This document shows positions 18,129-27,971 of a DNA stretch of 64,000 bases, piece after piece. The first letter of the stretch is position 1; each line of letters begins with the position of its first letter. The notes below the pieces were generated by a model. The model was not told the DNA's origin, ran no database searches, and worked only from the letters and a program-made list of their open reading frames with translations. The translations under genes and the position numbers were made by a program. Source of the stretch: Promethearchaeati archaeon SRVP18_Atabeyarchaeia-1 (GTDB lineage Archaea > Asgardarchaeota > Atabeyarchaeia > Atabeyarchaeales > Atabeyarchaeaceae); assembly GCA_037308085.1 (NCBI GenBank), contig CP147779.1:1088001-1152000 (forward strand). Reading direction: 5' to 3'.

Positions 18129-19010
18129 TTATTTTTCCTCACTCCCGACGGAGAAGCGGGGAGTGAATCTTACATCCCTTGAAGGGTTCATTCGCGTCAC
18201 TTGAGTCACCTCGATGGGGGTGACGATTTTTCCGACAAGTCCGTTAAGAGAGAAAGGTAACCTCGCATATTTCGTGCCCCCTCTCGTGACCCAGAGATCT
18301 ATTGGAATGTGCTCCTCATCCCTTACCCATTTTCCAAGTGCATCTCTCTCTGGTAAGGTCCAGCTATAGGACTCCGAATCCTCCACGTAGATGTGGAAGC
18401 CACGTCCAGAATAGATGACCTCGAGTTTCTCGTACCCTTTTTCGACGAGGATGTTATACAGCCTCAGTGTGTAGATTGCTGCCTTCTTGAAACATATAAA
18501 GCAGAAACCGTACATGGATTTTCTTTTTATTCGCTCCTCGAGTGTTCCGCAATTTGGACATTCAATATTCTCAGGATCCACATCAAACATTACGTGCTGC
18601 CCGAATATGTTGGTGCAATTCGAACAGTCCTTTCCGCGTTTCTTGCACTCAATACATTTCTCCTTATTCTCGTAGAGATTTCGATCATAGTAAACATCTT
18701 CAGGAAGCAGATCCACGAGTCTTGTCTTCAGCTCTTTCAACTTTCCGAGTGAGAACATAAGCAGGGTACCGGCTGACTTTCTATATCTCCTGCGGACTAC
18801 TCCGGTCTCCGTGCCAACATCAACCGCGAAGATCGGATTCCTAAGGGCTTCGGGCAGACGGTCAAGCCATCTTCTGGCTTCTTCGACATTGAATTCTCGA
18901 GAGTAGTATTCCCTCCTCTGCGTAATCGTGGGAGAGAAGCAGTTGACCGGGAAACAGAGCCTTTGCTGCAGGGCAAATTCCTCTCCGAAATTAGTTCTGA
19001 GCGGAATCAA
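18129..19010 (-). CDS. Archaeo-eukaryotic primase small-subunit (PriS)-like protein with Cys clusters
   Basis: MFDVD (motif I), YSGRGFH (motif II), PID..VT...ARLPFSLN (motif III) and several CxxC. Confidence 0.82.
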   Translation of the reverse strand: MIPLRTNFGEEFALQQRLCFPVNCFSPTITQRREYYSREFNVEEARRWLDRLPEALRNPIFAVDVGTETGVVRRRYRKSAGTLLMFSLGKLKELKTRLVDLLPEDVYYDRNLYENKEKCIECKKRGKDCSNCTNIFGQHVMFDVDPENIECPNCGTLEERIKRKSMYGFCFICFKKAAIYTLRLYNILVEKGYEKLEVIYSGRGFHIYVEDSESYSWTLPERDALGKWVRDEEHIPIDLWVTRGGTKYARLPFSLNGLVGKIVTPIEVTQVTRMNPSRDVRFTPRFSVGSEEK

Positions 19011-19027
19011 TGGGTGGGCTGTTTAGT

Positions 19028-19987
19028 CTACCTAGCAGTCCAGATCTTTCTTCCGCCCTTCTCTTCCTCAGACTGCTGTAACACTCCTCTGGCAGACAGT
19101 GATCTTAGATATGCTGCGGTGGTTAATGCCGTTGCTACTGGTTTCAATTCGCCTGACCAGCCTAGACCTAGTGCCCTTTCCACGCTATCCGCGATTTCTT
19201 TCGTGTCGGCTTCGCCGAGACGGCTGACCGTATCAGAAACTTCGCTCATCCACATCTCATGTGCATCGATTGCCCTACTAATCTGCTCCTTTATCATGTC
19301 TCCGGAAGCCAGGGAGTCGTGAGCTGGGGCAAGGAAGTCAATTCTCAATTCGAGCAGTCGTTTGAGAATTATTGCCTTTCTTTCGACACTGCCAGTCATA
19401 TCGATGATGTACTTGCAGGGATTGGAGGGAGATTCGATAGTCTCGTCTCCAGTGAACATGACTCTCCTATAGTCGTCGTAGAACATTACGTGACCACCAC
19501 AGTGTCCACCGGAGTGTATGACTGTTAGAGTAGAGCGCCCGAGTTCTATTCTCTCCCCGCCGAGCAAGATCGAGTCTGGGTTAACTGGGTCGATCCTACC
19601 GAAGATCCCCTGTAGCTTATGCGCAATTCCATTAGATTCCTCTGATGGATTGAAGTGTTCGACAAGAAGTTTCGCCGGATCCCTAAGGGTATCTGCAGCA
19701 GCGCTGTGAACATAGATCTTCGCGTTGCTCGCGTTCTTCAACTCAGCCGCTGCACCGAAGTGATCAGGATGCTCATGTGTAAGGAGCACGTACCTCAGAT
19801 CCTTCTTTGGATCTCTGCCGTGATTCTTCACGACATCTATTACTTCCTTCCATAGCTCGCCTTTTGCTCCCGTGTCAACTGCTGCCACTTTTTCATCGAT
19901 GATTACGTAGCTTGAATTCGCTATGCCGTCTTCATCATACTTCCCATAGACTCTTATTAAGCTCGGAGTTATCTCTTCATGGGGCAA
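19028..19987 (-). CDS. MBL-fold metallo-hydrolase with C-terminal winged helix
   Basis: THEHPDH, GHCGGH, FTGD, PAH. Confidence 0.9.
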   Translation of the reverse strand: MPHEEITPSLIRVYGKYDEDGIANSSYVIIDEKVAAVDTGAKGELWKEVIDVVKNHGRDPKKDLRYVLLTHEHPDHFGAAAELKNASNAKIYVHSAAADTLRDPAKLLVEHFNPSEESNGIAHKLQGIFGRIDPVNPDSILLGGERIELGRSTLTVIHSGGHCGGHVMFYDDYRRVMFTGDETIESPSNPCKYIIDMTGSVERKAIILKRLLELRIDFLAPAHDSLASGDMIKEQISRAIDAHEMWMSEVSDTVSRLGEADTKEIADSVERALGLGWSGELKPVATALTTAAYLRSLSARGVLQQSEEEKGGRKIWTAR

Positions 19988-20134
19988 GATAACTTCCTCC
20001 TCAACATTCGATTTTGATGCTGATTATTCTTAGTAGACGATCAGCAACTTAATTCTGTTGGTTGCGGGTCTTTCTTCTTGGGGGTCTCTTACTTCTGTGC
20101 AGAGAAGCTTCTCCTTATCGGATCTATGGCACGT

Positions 20135-21022
20135 TCACAAGATAACCGAGGACAAGAACATCGCTAAACAACCTATCAAGAGGACCGCGAATGCAGCCCT
20201 GCTCCAGTGCAGGACTTTCTCTCCATCAAAAGGCGAGACTGGGATCATGTTGAAAAAGCCAAGCCAACCCGATAACATTGCTCCAAACAAGAAGAAGGTT
20301 GCATAATATGGGAAGATAAAGGCAAACAAGAACAGAATCCCGCTGATTACAAGGTTAGTTGCAGGTCCAGCCGCAGCTGCTTTTCCATACTCACGAGGTG
20401 ACGCATATCCTCCTATCATGACAGCCCCTGGAGCGTATATCTTGAAGGGAGACACGAGGAGGATCATGAGCGTCAATAAGGCATAGGAAGGCACTATCCT
20501 AAACTCGGCGAAGAGACCATGCCTCTGTGCAATGACCTTATGCATTAGCTCGTGGGGTAGGAAGGAAAGGAACAGGATCAATGTCAAAAAGACAAAGAGA
20601 GTCGGATCGAACTGGCTTGGAGACAGTAACGGGAAAAGCGGGAAGAATACAGAGAAACTTAGCAAAACAAGGAGAGCCAAAGCGATCAGGAGGTGCCCTA
20701 CTTCGGTTCTTGAAAAGTGCGCTCTGCCTCCTCTTTTCGCGTATGGCGCATTGAAGCCAGGTCCCCCAGAATACGAGTACTCGACACGGTACTCCACTCC
20801 TTCCCTGTCTTCTCGCCGATCAGGCTTGACGATGTCTTGAGATTGCAGGGCAAGTCCAGAGCCTCCGCGGCCTGCACCAATCGCTTCAACACCTTTAGTT
20901 TCAAGCATTCCGACGCAGTCGTGGAACTCGGGGAGTCTGTGCTTTGCGCAGTACTGTTTCTGGCAGCGCCTACAGATGTACGGCATGGACACCGATTCTC
21001 CGCATTTTGCACACTTCGTCAA
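20135..21022 (-). CDS. AN1-type zinc finger fused to M50 (site-2) intramembrane metalloprotease
   Basis: CAKC..CRRC..YCAKHRLPEFHDC; HELMH; AGPATN; NMIPVSPFDG. TTG start at 21022. Confidence 0.9.
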   Translation of the reverse strand: MTKCAKCGESVSMPYICRRCQKQYCAKHRLPEFHDCVGMLETKGVEAIGAGRGGSGLALQSQDIVKPDRREDREGVEYRVEYSYSGGPGFNAPYAKRGGRAHFSRTEVGHLLIALALLVLLSFSVFFPLFPLLSPSQFDPTLFVFLTLILFLSFLPHELMHKVIAQRHGLFAEFRIVPSYALLTLMILLVSPFKIYAPGAVMIGGYASPREYGKAAAAGPATNLVISGILFLFAFIFPYYATFFLFGAMLSGWLGFFNMIPVSPFDGEKVLHWSRAAFAVLLIGCLAMFLSSVIL

Positions 21023-21293
21023 ACTCGCTCTCACCCCGTTCCGAATTCTAGTTGGTACTGGTAGCGGACAAGGCTAATAAGAAATTCGATTTAGGAGGAA
21101 CACAGGATCCGTGGCACGGCTGATCATTAAGAGCTGGAAGGAGGGAGAAATCCCCTCCACTGTGAAACTGGAGAGAAGAGCGGTAAGAGACTATATTTAG
21201 GCATTTACTCAACGTTACATAGCTACAGAACCCAAGATCTGAGGCGTGTACGATTGCTCTCATTGGCTTGAGCTATGCGGGGGAGTACATTAG

Positions 21294-22088
21294 TTGCCGA
21301 TTGCGACTGGACGTGAAAAGGATTGGATGGAGGAGGCAACGGTCAAGAGGGAGATCAGAGGCTTAGCCCTCTCGGTTGTTTTGGCGCTCCTGAGGGCGGG
21401 AGGCGGATCAGTCAGCATCGAGAGCCTATCAAACGAACTTGAGGTGTCCTTTGGCAACCTCGTCGCGATAGTCAGGCGACTGGAGGAAGAAGGCCTAATC
21501 AAGATGAATAGAGAAGGAACGGGGATCGTAATTCCAAGCGGGGAAGAGCGTCTCAGGCTGGCAGTCACGGCAGTGGCATTTGGCGCAGGGATAGAGGAAT
21601 CCGCTAAAGCTCTATCTTGGAAGGAGTTCGAGTCTTTCTGCACTAAGATACTTGAAGAGAACGGGTACTCATGTGTGCATGGATTCCGATTCAAGTCTAC
21701 AAAGGGTCGAAGATATGAATGTGATGTGGTAGCACTTAACAAGCCCGTGCTATTGTTGGCTGACTGCAAACACTACAAAGGAAGAGTCAGGGGGCTACGC
21801 GCTGTCGTCGAGAAGCAGTTAGAAAGGGCTGGCGCCATGAGCAAAACCACTTCGGCGGTGATGCGTAGGATCCCGCAGATCATCTTATGGGGAAGAATGG
21901 TAATAGTTCCAGTCGTAATCACAATGTTGCCCGAGAATATAGCGATTGTTGATGGAGTCCCCGTAGTTCCAGCATTCAAGCTAAATCAGTTCATTCAAGA
22001 ACTTCCATCGAATATCGAGGCGGTAAAACACAATACGGTCGAGCCATCGAGGCAGCGAAGGCTCACCCAGACGGAAACGACACGCTAG
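21294..22088 (+). CDS. wHTH + restriction-endonuclease-like (Mrr/NERD-type) PD-(D/E)xK protein
   Basis: SWKEFESFC..IL..NGY...YECDVVA...ADCKHY. Confidence 0.8.
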   Translation: MPIATGREKDWMEEATVKREIRGLALSVVLALLRAGGGSVSIESLSNELEVSFGNLVAIVRRLEEEGLIKMNREGTGIVIPSGEERLRLAVTAVAFGAGIEESAKALSWKEFESFCTKILEENGYSCVHGFRFKSTKGRRYECDVVALNKPVLLLADCKHYKGRVRGLRAVVEKQLERAGAMSKTTSAVMRRIPQIILWGRMVIVPVVITMLPENIAIVDGVPVVPAFKLNQFIQELPSNIEAVKHNTVEPSRQRRLTQTETTR

Positions 22089-22214
22089 AATGGAGACCAC
22101 AATACTATCCAAAGAGCTTAAATTGAGTCACTGCTCATCTTAGCCGTATGTCTGGCAAAGGCGCTACATTGCCAGCCTTTCTACTAGTTGTGTTTCTGCA
22201 GAAGGTTAGTGCAA

Positions 22215-22766
22215 ATGCTACTTAAGAAGGCGAACATCATTGTCACAGGTCCGCCCGGTTCGGGGAAGACCCGCCTGATTCAGAGGATAGTTGAGGACCT
22301 CAAGAACCAGGGCGTCGCGGTTGGCGGTCTTCTGACCCCCGAGATAAGGGTTGGGACTGAGCGAACTGGTTTTCACATAGTGGATATTATGACTGGTGAA
22401 AAGGGATTAATGGCCGACGCCAGTCTCAGTTCTGATGTTAATGTTGGAAGGTATGGCGTCAACATCGATGTTATCAAGGAAATTGGAGTCAACGCTCTGA
22501 CGAGGGCTATGAGTAGATGTGAGGTAGTAGTAATCGACGAGATCGGTAAGATGGAACTCTACTCAAAAGAGTTCCAAGACGTTGTCGAGCAAGTACTACT
22601 CTCTGAGAAACCTATGATCGGAACAATTGGCGAGAAATTGAGACACCCATTTACTATGAAAATAAAAGCTATGCCCAGCGTCAAGGTAATGACTCTAACG
22701 CGCTCAAATTGGGATGAGACATACCGGCAGATCAAAGAAATGCTGTCCCCAACGGCAGATCAGTAA
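22215..22766 (+). CDS. Nucleoside-triphosphatase (THEP1/NTPase_1)
   Basis: GPPGSGKT, VGRYGV, IDEIGKME. Confidence 0.93.
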   Translation: MLLKKANIIVTGPPGSGKTRLIQRIVEDLKNQGVAVGGLLTPEIRVGTERTGFHIVDIMTGEKGLMADASLSSDVNVGRYGVNIDVIKEIGVNALTRAMSRCEVVVIDEIGKMELYSKEFQDVVEQVLLSEKPMIGTIGEKLRHPFTMKIKAMPSVKVMTLTRSNWDETYRQIKEMLSPTADQ

Positions 22767-22903
22767 CGTAAATTCCGTTGCACACTAGCCCAATTCTCAT
22801 GGATTCTTCTAGTCTGACAAGTGCTCGTATTGCCAATTCTATTCACTTACAGATGGTCTTGCAGTGGTTTTTCCAATTGATATGAAGTTGGAGGCAAGCC
22901 TAA

Positions 22904-23821
22904 TTGAAGATCGGTGTTGTATACGGAAGGTTGACCGGAATCTGGCCTACTAAGATGCTTACTAAGAGCATTGAGAAACTGGGACACACATCAGTACTGT
23001 TCTCATTGCACCACGTCACAGCCATGGTTGGAGGGGGCAGATATCGAGTCAAAGATCAGTCAGCGGAAGAGTCTCCAAGGTTCTTGTCTAGGGTGATGAT
23101 CCTAGACGACTTGAGTGCAGCCATGGTGAGAACGCTTTCTTATGGCACCCTAGATCAGATCACTTACAGGATATCTTTGCTTGAACATATGGAGATGTCT
23201 GGAATTCTGGTTGTCAATCCGGCATATTCCTTCAGGCGAGCGCGAGACAAGTATGCAGCCCTGTTCTATCTGGAGAAGTATCGTATTCCAGTTCCGAAGA
23301 CATATGTAACGGAGAGCCTCAGGCATTCCTTGAACGTGGTAAGGAGCTTGGGCGACGTTGTGATAAAACCCCTTGTCGGCGCGCGAGGTGAGGGATCGAT
23401 TCGAACAAATGACGTTGACGTCGCTTACAGAGCTTTGAAGGCCGCCTACTCTGTGGGACAAGTTCTCTACATTCAAGAGTACATACCTAAACCTGATAGG
23501 GATATCAGGGCATTCGTCGTCGGCAACGAAGTTGTTTCAGCGATGTATAGAGTTGCACTCCCTGGGGCTTGGAAGACAAATGTCGCCCAACAGGGAAAGC
23601 CTATCAAATGCGAATTATCAAGAGAAATGGAGGACATTGCTGTCAAAGCATCGAATGCGCTTGGACTCGAGTATAGCGGAGTAGACATCATGGAGAGCCA
23701 AGATGGACCGGTCATTACTGAGGTCAACGCAGCACCAACATGGCACGGGTTACAGAGCGTAACGTCCTTTGACATTGCCGACAGGATTATTCAGCACGTC
23801 ATCGGCAAAGTGAAAAAGTAG
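22904..23821 (+). CDS. RimK-family ATP-grasp ligase (MptN/CofF-like alpha-L-glutamate ligase)
   Basis: DKY, KPLVG, QEYI, DIR, WKTNVAQ, GVD, EVNAAP. Confidence 0.9.
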   Translation: MKIGVVYGRLTGIWPTKMLTKSIEKLGHTSVLFSLHHVTAMVGGGRYRVKDQSAEESPRFLSRVMILDDLSAAMVRTLSYGTLDQITYRISLLEHMEMSGILVVNPAYSFRRARDKYAALFYLEKYRIPVPKTYVTESLRHSLNVVRSLGDVVIKPLVGARGEGSIRTNDVDVAYRALKAAYSVGQVLYIQEYIPKPDRDIRAFVVGNEVVSAMYRVALPGAWKTNVAQQGKPIKCELSREMEDIAVKASNALGLEYSGVDIMESQDGPVITEVNAAPTWHGLQSVTSFDIADRIIQHVIGKVKK

Positions 23822-23886
23822 ACCCTCTGTTGCAGCTTCTGTTCAGAAGGAAGACAACCGGACATCGAAGTCGGTCCATCAACTGA

Positions 23887-24624
23887 TCAGAGAAGCGAGT
23901 CGAGCGTAGATTGATAGAGCTGGCCACCCCTTCCCTTTCCGAGGAGGACTTGTTGAACACCGCTCTCGCCCAGCCTATTCACAAGATCAGGTTTGAAGGA
24001 AAGCGATTCCTTAGTGTTAAAGAGCGTGCACTCGATATGGTTCTTGATGACTGGAACCAGCTTGCCCAACAGAACTCCATATGCTGCCACTTGCGGCGAG
24101 GCAATTATCAAGTCTGCGTCTCTGAGACCTGGCTTGAAGTCCAAGACTTGGATGGCGCCTTCCGATGTCATGCGAAGCAAGTCAATGTGCCCTGTCATCT
24201 TCAATTCCTCGCTGTACACTGGAATCTCTGATGCAACTGCAAAGGGATCATAGTTGAGCAAGAAGGAGAGCACACTACTATGGCTAGTTGAGGACGATAC
24301 CACCTTCCTTACGAGATTCAGCAGGTTACTATAGGATTCCATACTTACCAATCCTTCCCTTGCCAACTTGTGCACTAAGCCTGCCTCCCCACTCTTGGAA
24401 ACGCTTGCCAACCTCATCGTCGAAGCCCTTCTGAACTCATTGCTCCAGAAGAATTGGTGAGGTATATCGTCATTGTACACGCGTTCCAAGAAACTCCAAA
24501 GAGAAGACGCGAAGTCATGAAGGGAAGGTTGAGACGCGAGGGCCTTGTGATTTGACTGGTTCCACTGGAAAAGGTACGTAATCCTCTTGTGGATCAGCTT
24601 CTTCCTTAGGATATCCTTCCGCAC
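23887..24624 (-). CDS. RecB-type PD-(D/E)xK nuclease family protein
   Basis: SEIPV..GHIDLL..VLDFKP..QVAAY. Confidence 0.8.
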   Translation of the reverse strand: MRKDILRKKLIHKRITYLFQWNQSNHKALASQPSLHDFASSLWSFLERVYNDDIPHQFFWSNEFRRASTMRLASVSKSGEAGLVHKLAREGLVSMESYSNLLNLVRKVVSSSTSHSSVLSFLLNYDPFAVASEIPVYSEELKMTGHIDLLRMTSEGAIQVLDFKPGLRDADLIIASPQVAAYGVLLGKLVPVIKNHIECTLFNTKESLSFKPDLVNRLGESGVQQVLLGKGRGGQLYQSTLDSLL

Positions 24625-24887
24625 TAGCCAGACTCGCCTCGATCACGAAACCACATATCTCTCTGGAAGGACCAAATCTGTTGCCAGTATCTATTCTGCG
24701 TACACACGCATATATCTTTAGGTTACCAAGCCTCAACTCTCCTGCGCTTATGCTGGCCTCATGTGCGAATTGGAATCTGGCTTGATTAGGAATAGATTAA
24801 TATGACAGCCTCCGCACTAATTAATCGCGGATGAGACTTGCCTGCACAATACTGCTTTGCTGAAGACAGGCTTAGGGGAGATGTGTT

Positions 24888-25505
24888 TTGATTCACTCGG
24901 TGTACTTCATCGACACTGGCGGTCGCCTGATGTTTACTCGGAAATATGGAACCATTGAGCTTAATCCGGACCTTATGGCTGGCTTTCTCACGGCAATAAA
25001 AGAATTCTCTGGAGAGATATCGGCAGGTGCAAACAAGGGCGATTCAGTGAAGGAAATCGAGATGGAGACTTTCAACGTGATCTATGATTTCAGAAGCTCT
25101 AACGGCTTAATGTGCGTACTGTTGCACGACAAAAAAGACGACCCGAGGATTGTGAGAGGAGTTGCAAAGATCATTCTGGATGGGTTCCTGAAGAAGTACG
25201 ACGTTGAGCCGGAAAAATGGGATGGAAATACAAACAAGTTCTCAGAGTTCGGCACCCTAGTGGACGAGATACTTAAGAAAGGAAAGGTAGCAGAAGTCTA
25301 TCCTGTGTTGAAGAAAAAGCTTACCTCGCTGACAGTTAAACTTGGAATGATAAATGACCTCGAGTATCAGATAGCATCGAAGTGCGACGGTACCAAAACC
25401 TACAGAGAGATCGCGGACAAGGTAGGGGTAGATCTCGAGACCATCTACGGCACGATGTCCAAGCTTAAAGATCTGGGTCTAATCAAAGAAGAGAATCCAG
25501 AATAA
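24888..25505 (+). CDS. Longin-like domain + C-terminal wHTH (Asgard-type eukaryotic signature protein)
   Basis: MIHSVYFIDTGGRLMFTRKY...DLMAGFLTAIKEFSGEI longin pattern; CDGTKTYREIADKVG wHTH. Confidence 0.75.
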   Translation: MIHSVYFIDTGGRLMFTRKYGTIELNPDLMAGFLTAIKEFSGEISAGANKGDSVKEIEMETFNVIYDFRSSNGLMCVLLHDKKDDPRIVRGVAKIILDGFLKKYDVEPEKWDGNTNKFSEFGTLVDEILKKGKVAEVYPVLKKKLTSLTVKLGMINDLEYQIASKCDGTKTYREIADKVGVDLETIYGTMSKLKDLGLIKEENPE

Positions 25506-25599
25506 GCAACAGGTAGCGCAAACATCTCCAGGCTCCCCATCTGTGCCTCCAGTCAGTTTGCCTTTTTTCCTAATGGCCGCGTCGCTTAAGGAACCGTTG

Positions 25600-26301
25600 T
25601 CACTTGGTCAGGATGGCCCCAGCTGTCATTATTAGAATACCTATTATCACAATGCCGGGAGCTAGAATTAGCACAGCCGGGTTAGATGCCGCAACAAACA
25701 ACGTGTGGAGGACTCGCCCCAAATAGTAGACCAAGAACCCCCCACCAACTAGGAGAGAACTGTTTCTTATTACTCCGACACTCTGAACAGCCACATAGAG
25801 GTATATGAGGGGTATTACGATGGCAAAAGCTGGAGCTATGACGACATTCAACGCGAAATACACCGGATCATTTAGACCTGCAGCAATGACCCCCTCCGGT
25901 AGAATGAGAAAAATGATGGCGCAGACTGCAGGGACAAGGGGTATACCGAACTTCAAAATGCGGTTCTCGAAGATCCGTATCGTTATGGCAAGGAACATGA
26001 AGGTCAAGGCAATCCACTGCAGTACCTCACCTATTCTCCAAATCCACTGGTACGCGAGGTCAGCTTGGACATAAAAATCCCAGACCACGAAGAAGCCTCT
26101 TCCCAGGGCAAGTAGCAGAAAGAACAATCCAAAGAAAATGTAGAAAATCGTATTGCCCTTCTGGCGTTGTCCACCAGCCCATAGCCTAAGTCCTTTCAGA
26201 AGCGCGAAATATCCGAAGAGGAGCAGTTCATACGCAACCACTACGAACCACAAGCCTATCGCCAGTGAGGCCCAAACCTCAACATAGGGGACTGGTGCCA
26301 T
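25600..26301 (-). CDS. Stand-alone 7-transmembrane protein (HisKA_7TM-like sensor without output domain)
   Basis: Seven hydrophobic segments and no soluble domain. Confidence 0.65.
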   Translation of the reverse strand: MAPVPYVEVWASLAIGLWFVVVAYELLLFGYFALLKGLRLWAGGQRQKGNTIFYIFFGLFFLLLALGRGFFVVWDFYVQADLAYQWIWRIGEVLQWIALTFMFLAITIRIFENRILKFGIPLVPAVCAIIFLILPEGVIAAGLNDPVYFALNVVIAPAFAIVIPLIYLYVAVQSVGVIRNSSLLVGGGFLVYYLGRVLHTLFVAASNPAVLILAPGIVIIGILIMTAGAILTK

Positions 26302-26560
26302 TAATCTATCTCACCGCCTATTCCTTCACGCCTGGAAGGTTCTCGATACAGACATTCAAGTACTCGTGAAGTACACCGGACACATCTACCTTCCCACGAG
26401 TCAACAACTAGTTTGACAACATCATACATAAATAACTATCCGTTACTCTTTCACCTAAGCTCTCCACTTACAGCCTGATTCCAACTACCTCATTGAATCT
26501 TCTGCTAGCGAATTTATCTTTCCTAGAAGGCAGACCAGTCCCGAGTGTGGTGCGCAACAA

Positions 26561-27961
26561 ATGGAAATTGAAGATGTGATTCTGAGACTGATTGGGCAGG
26601 AGCTCGGCAGAATCGGAGTGCAATTCATGGAAGTCAGATACGAGAGAACCACAGGTACGGGCATAACTATCGTGGATGGAGTAACCAGAGAGGTAGGTAG
26701 GTCGATCAACGCAGGCATAGGAGTCAGAGCATTCAGCGATGGCGCCTGGGGTTTCAGCGCGACAACAGTACTCAAGGAGCCTGCAATCAAAGATACCATA
26801 GAGTCAGCTGCCAAGATAGCTAAGAGAGCGAGTAAGGCGACAAAGGAGAAGTTTGAGCTGAAGGAAGTTTCTGCGACTGAAGGCGAAAGCCGGGTGCCTG
26901 TTAAAGTCGATCCTCGCGATGTATCGGTTCAAGACAAGGTCCGATTTGTCATGGACCTCGACAGGCAGGCGACTGCTTTCAGCCCGAAGGTCGTGAATGT
27001 GAACTGCTTCATGGGAGAAACACTGGGCCAAATCACAATAATCAACTCTTTTGGTACGCACGTGAAAAAGGAAGTCTCCAGGGTGAGGGCTGGGGCAAGC
27101 GTGTACGTCGCGGAGGACGGGGTAAGAGAAAGGAGCTTCGAGGGCGTGGGCGGAACTGGAGGGTACGAAATACTGCAGAGTGAAGAGGCTAGTATGCTGG
27201 GGGAGGCTGCAGCCAAGAGGGCGGTGAAGTTGCTCGACGCTAAACCCGCGCCTTCAGGCAAATTCACAGTCGTCATGGATCCTAGACTAGTAGGGGTCTT
27301 CATTCATGAAGCGTTTGGACACGCGTGTGAAGCTGACAAGGTTATTGCTGGCGCATCTATTATTGAAGGTAGGATCGGGGACAAGATGGGTAGCGAGTCA
27401 ATTACAGTGGTAGATGATCCCTCAATTCGAGGACTATACGGGTCATTTTCGAATGATGATGAGGGCATTCCAGCGCATCCACGGGTACTTGTCGAAAGGG
27501 GTGTTATGAAAGGGTATCTCCACTCGGTGGAGACTGCCAGTAGACTGAATGCAGAGCCAAACGGCGCAGCCCGCGCTCAGGACTTCATGTCGACCCCGAT
27601 TGTGAGAATGTCAAACACATACATCGCGAAGGGTGACTGCAAGGTCGATGAGGTCTTCGAAGGGGTGAAATATGGAATCTATGCTTTAGGCAGCGAGTAC
27701 GGCTACGTCATCCCAGCGAGCGGGCAATTCACATTCAAATGCGATTATGCGCACATCATTAAGGACGGCGAACCCCGCGGGTTGATCCGGGATGCCGCCT
27801 TGAGCGGCTTGATTCTCGAGGCTCTTAACAATGTTGAAGTCGTTGGAAATGATCTCTCCTTTGAGCCTGGGGTATGCGGAAAGGCTGGTCAATCAGTCCC
27901 TGTCACCACTGGCGGTCCGCACGTTCGTGTAGCGAACGTCGTCGTTGGAGGCGTCAAGTGA
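26561..27961 (+). CDS. tldD: TldD metalloprotease
   Basis: HEAFGHACEAD, DDEG, RMSNT, CGKAGQ. Confidence 0.93.
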   Translation: MEIEDVILRLIGQELGRIGVQFMEVRYERTTGTGITIVDGVTREVGRSINAGIGVRAFSDGAWGFSATTVLKEPAIKDTIESAAKIAKRASKATKEKFELKEVSATEGESRVPVKVDPRDVSVQDKVRFVMDLDRQATAFSPKVVNVNCFMGETLGQITIINSFGTHVKKEVSRVRAGASVYVAEDGVRERSFEGVGGTGGYEILQSEEASMLGEAAAKRAVKLLDAKPAPSGKFTVVMDPRLVGVFIHEAFGHACEADKVIAGASIIEGRIGDKMGSESITVVDDPSIRGLYGSFSNDDEGIPAHPRVLVERGVMKGYLHSVETASRLNAEPNGAARAQDFMSTPIVRMSNTYIAKGDCKVDEVFEGVKYGIYALGSEYGYVIPASGQFTFKCDYAHIIKDGEPRGLIRDAALSGLILEALNNVEVVGNDLSFEPGVCGKAGQSVPVTTGGPHVRVANVVVGGVK

Positions 27962-27971
27962 GGTTGGAACA

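Noticed and set aside
21140-21158. GGAGGGA-GAAA-TCCCCTCC hairpin as a further sRNA
   Set aside because: A single hairpin in a short divergent promoter region with no enclosing structure; insufficient evidence.
23887-24624. Cas4 / CRISPR system
   Set aside because: Lacks the four Fe-S cysteines; no repeat-spacer array or other cas genes in the window.
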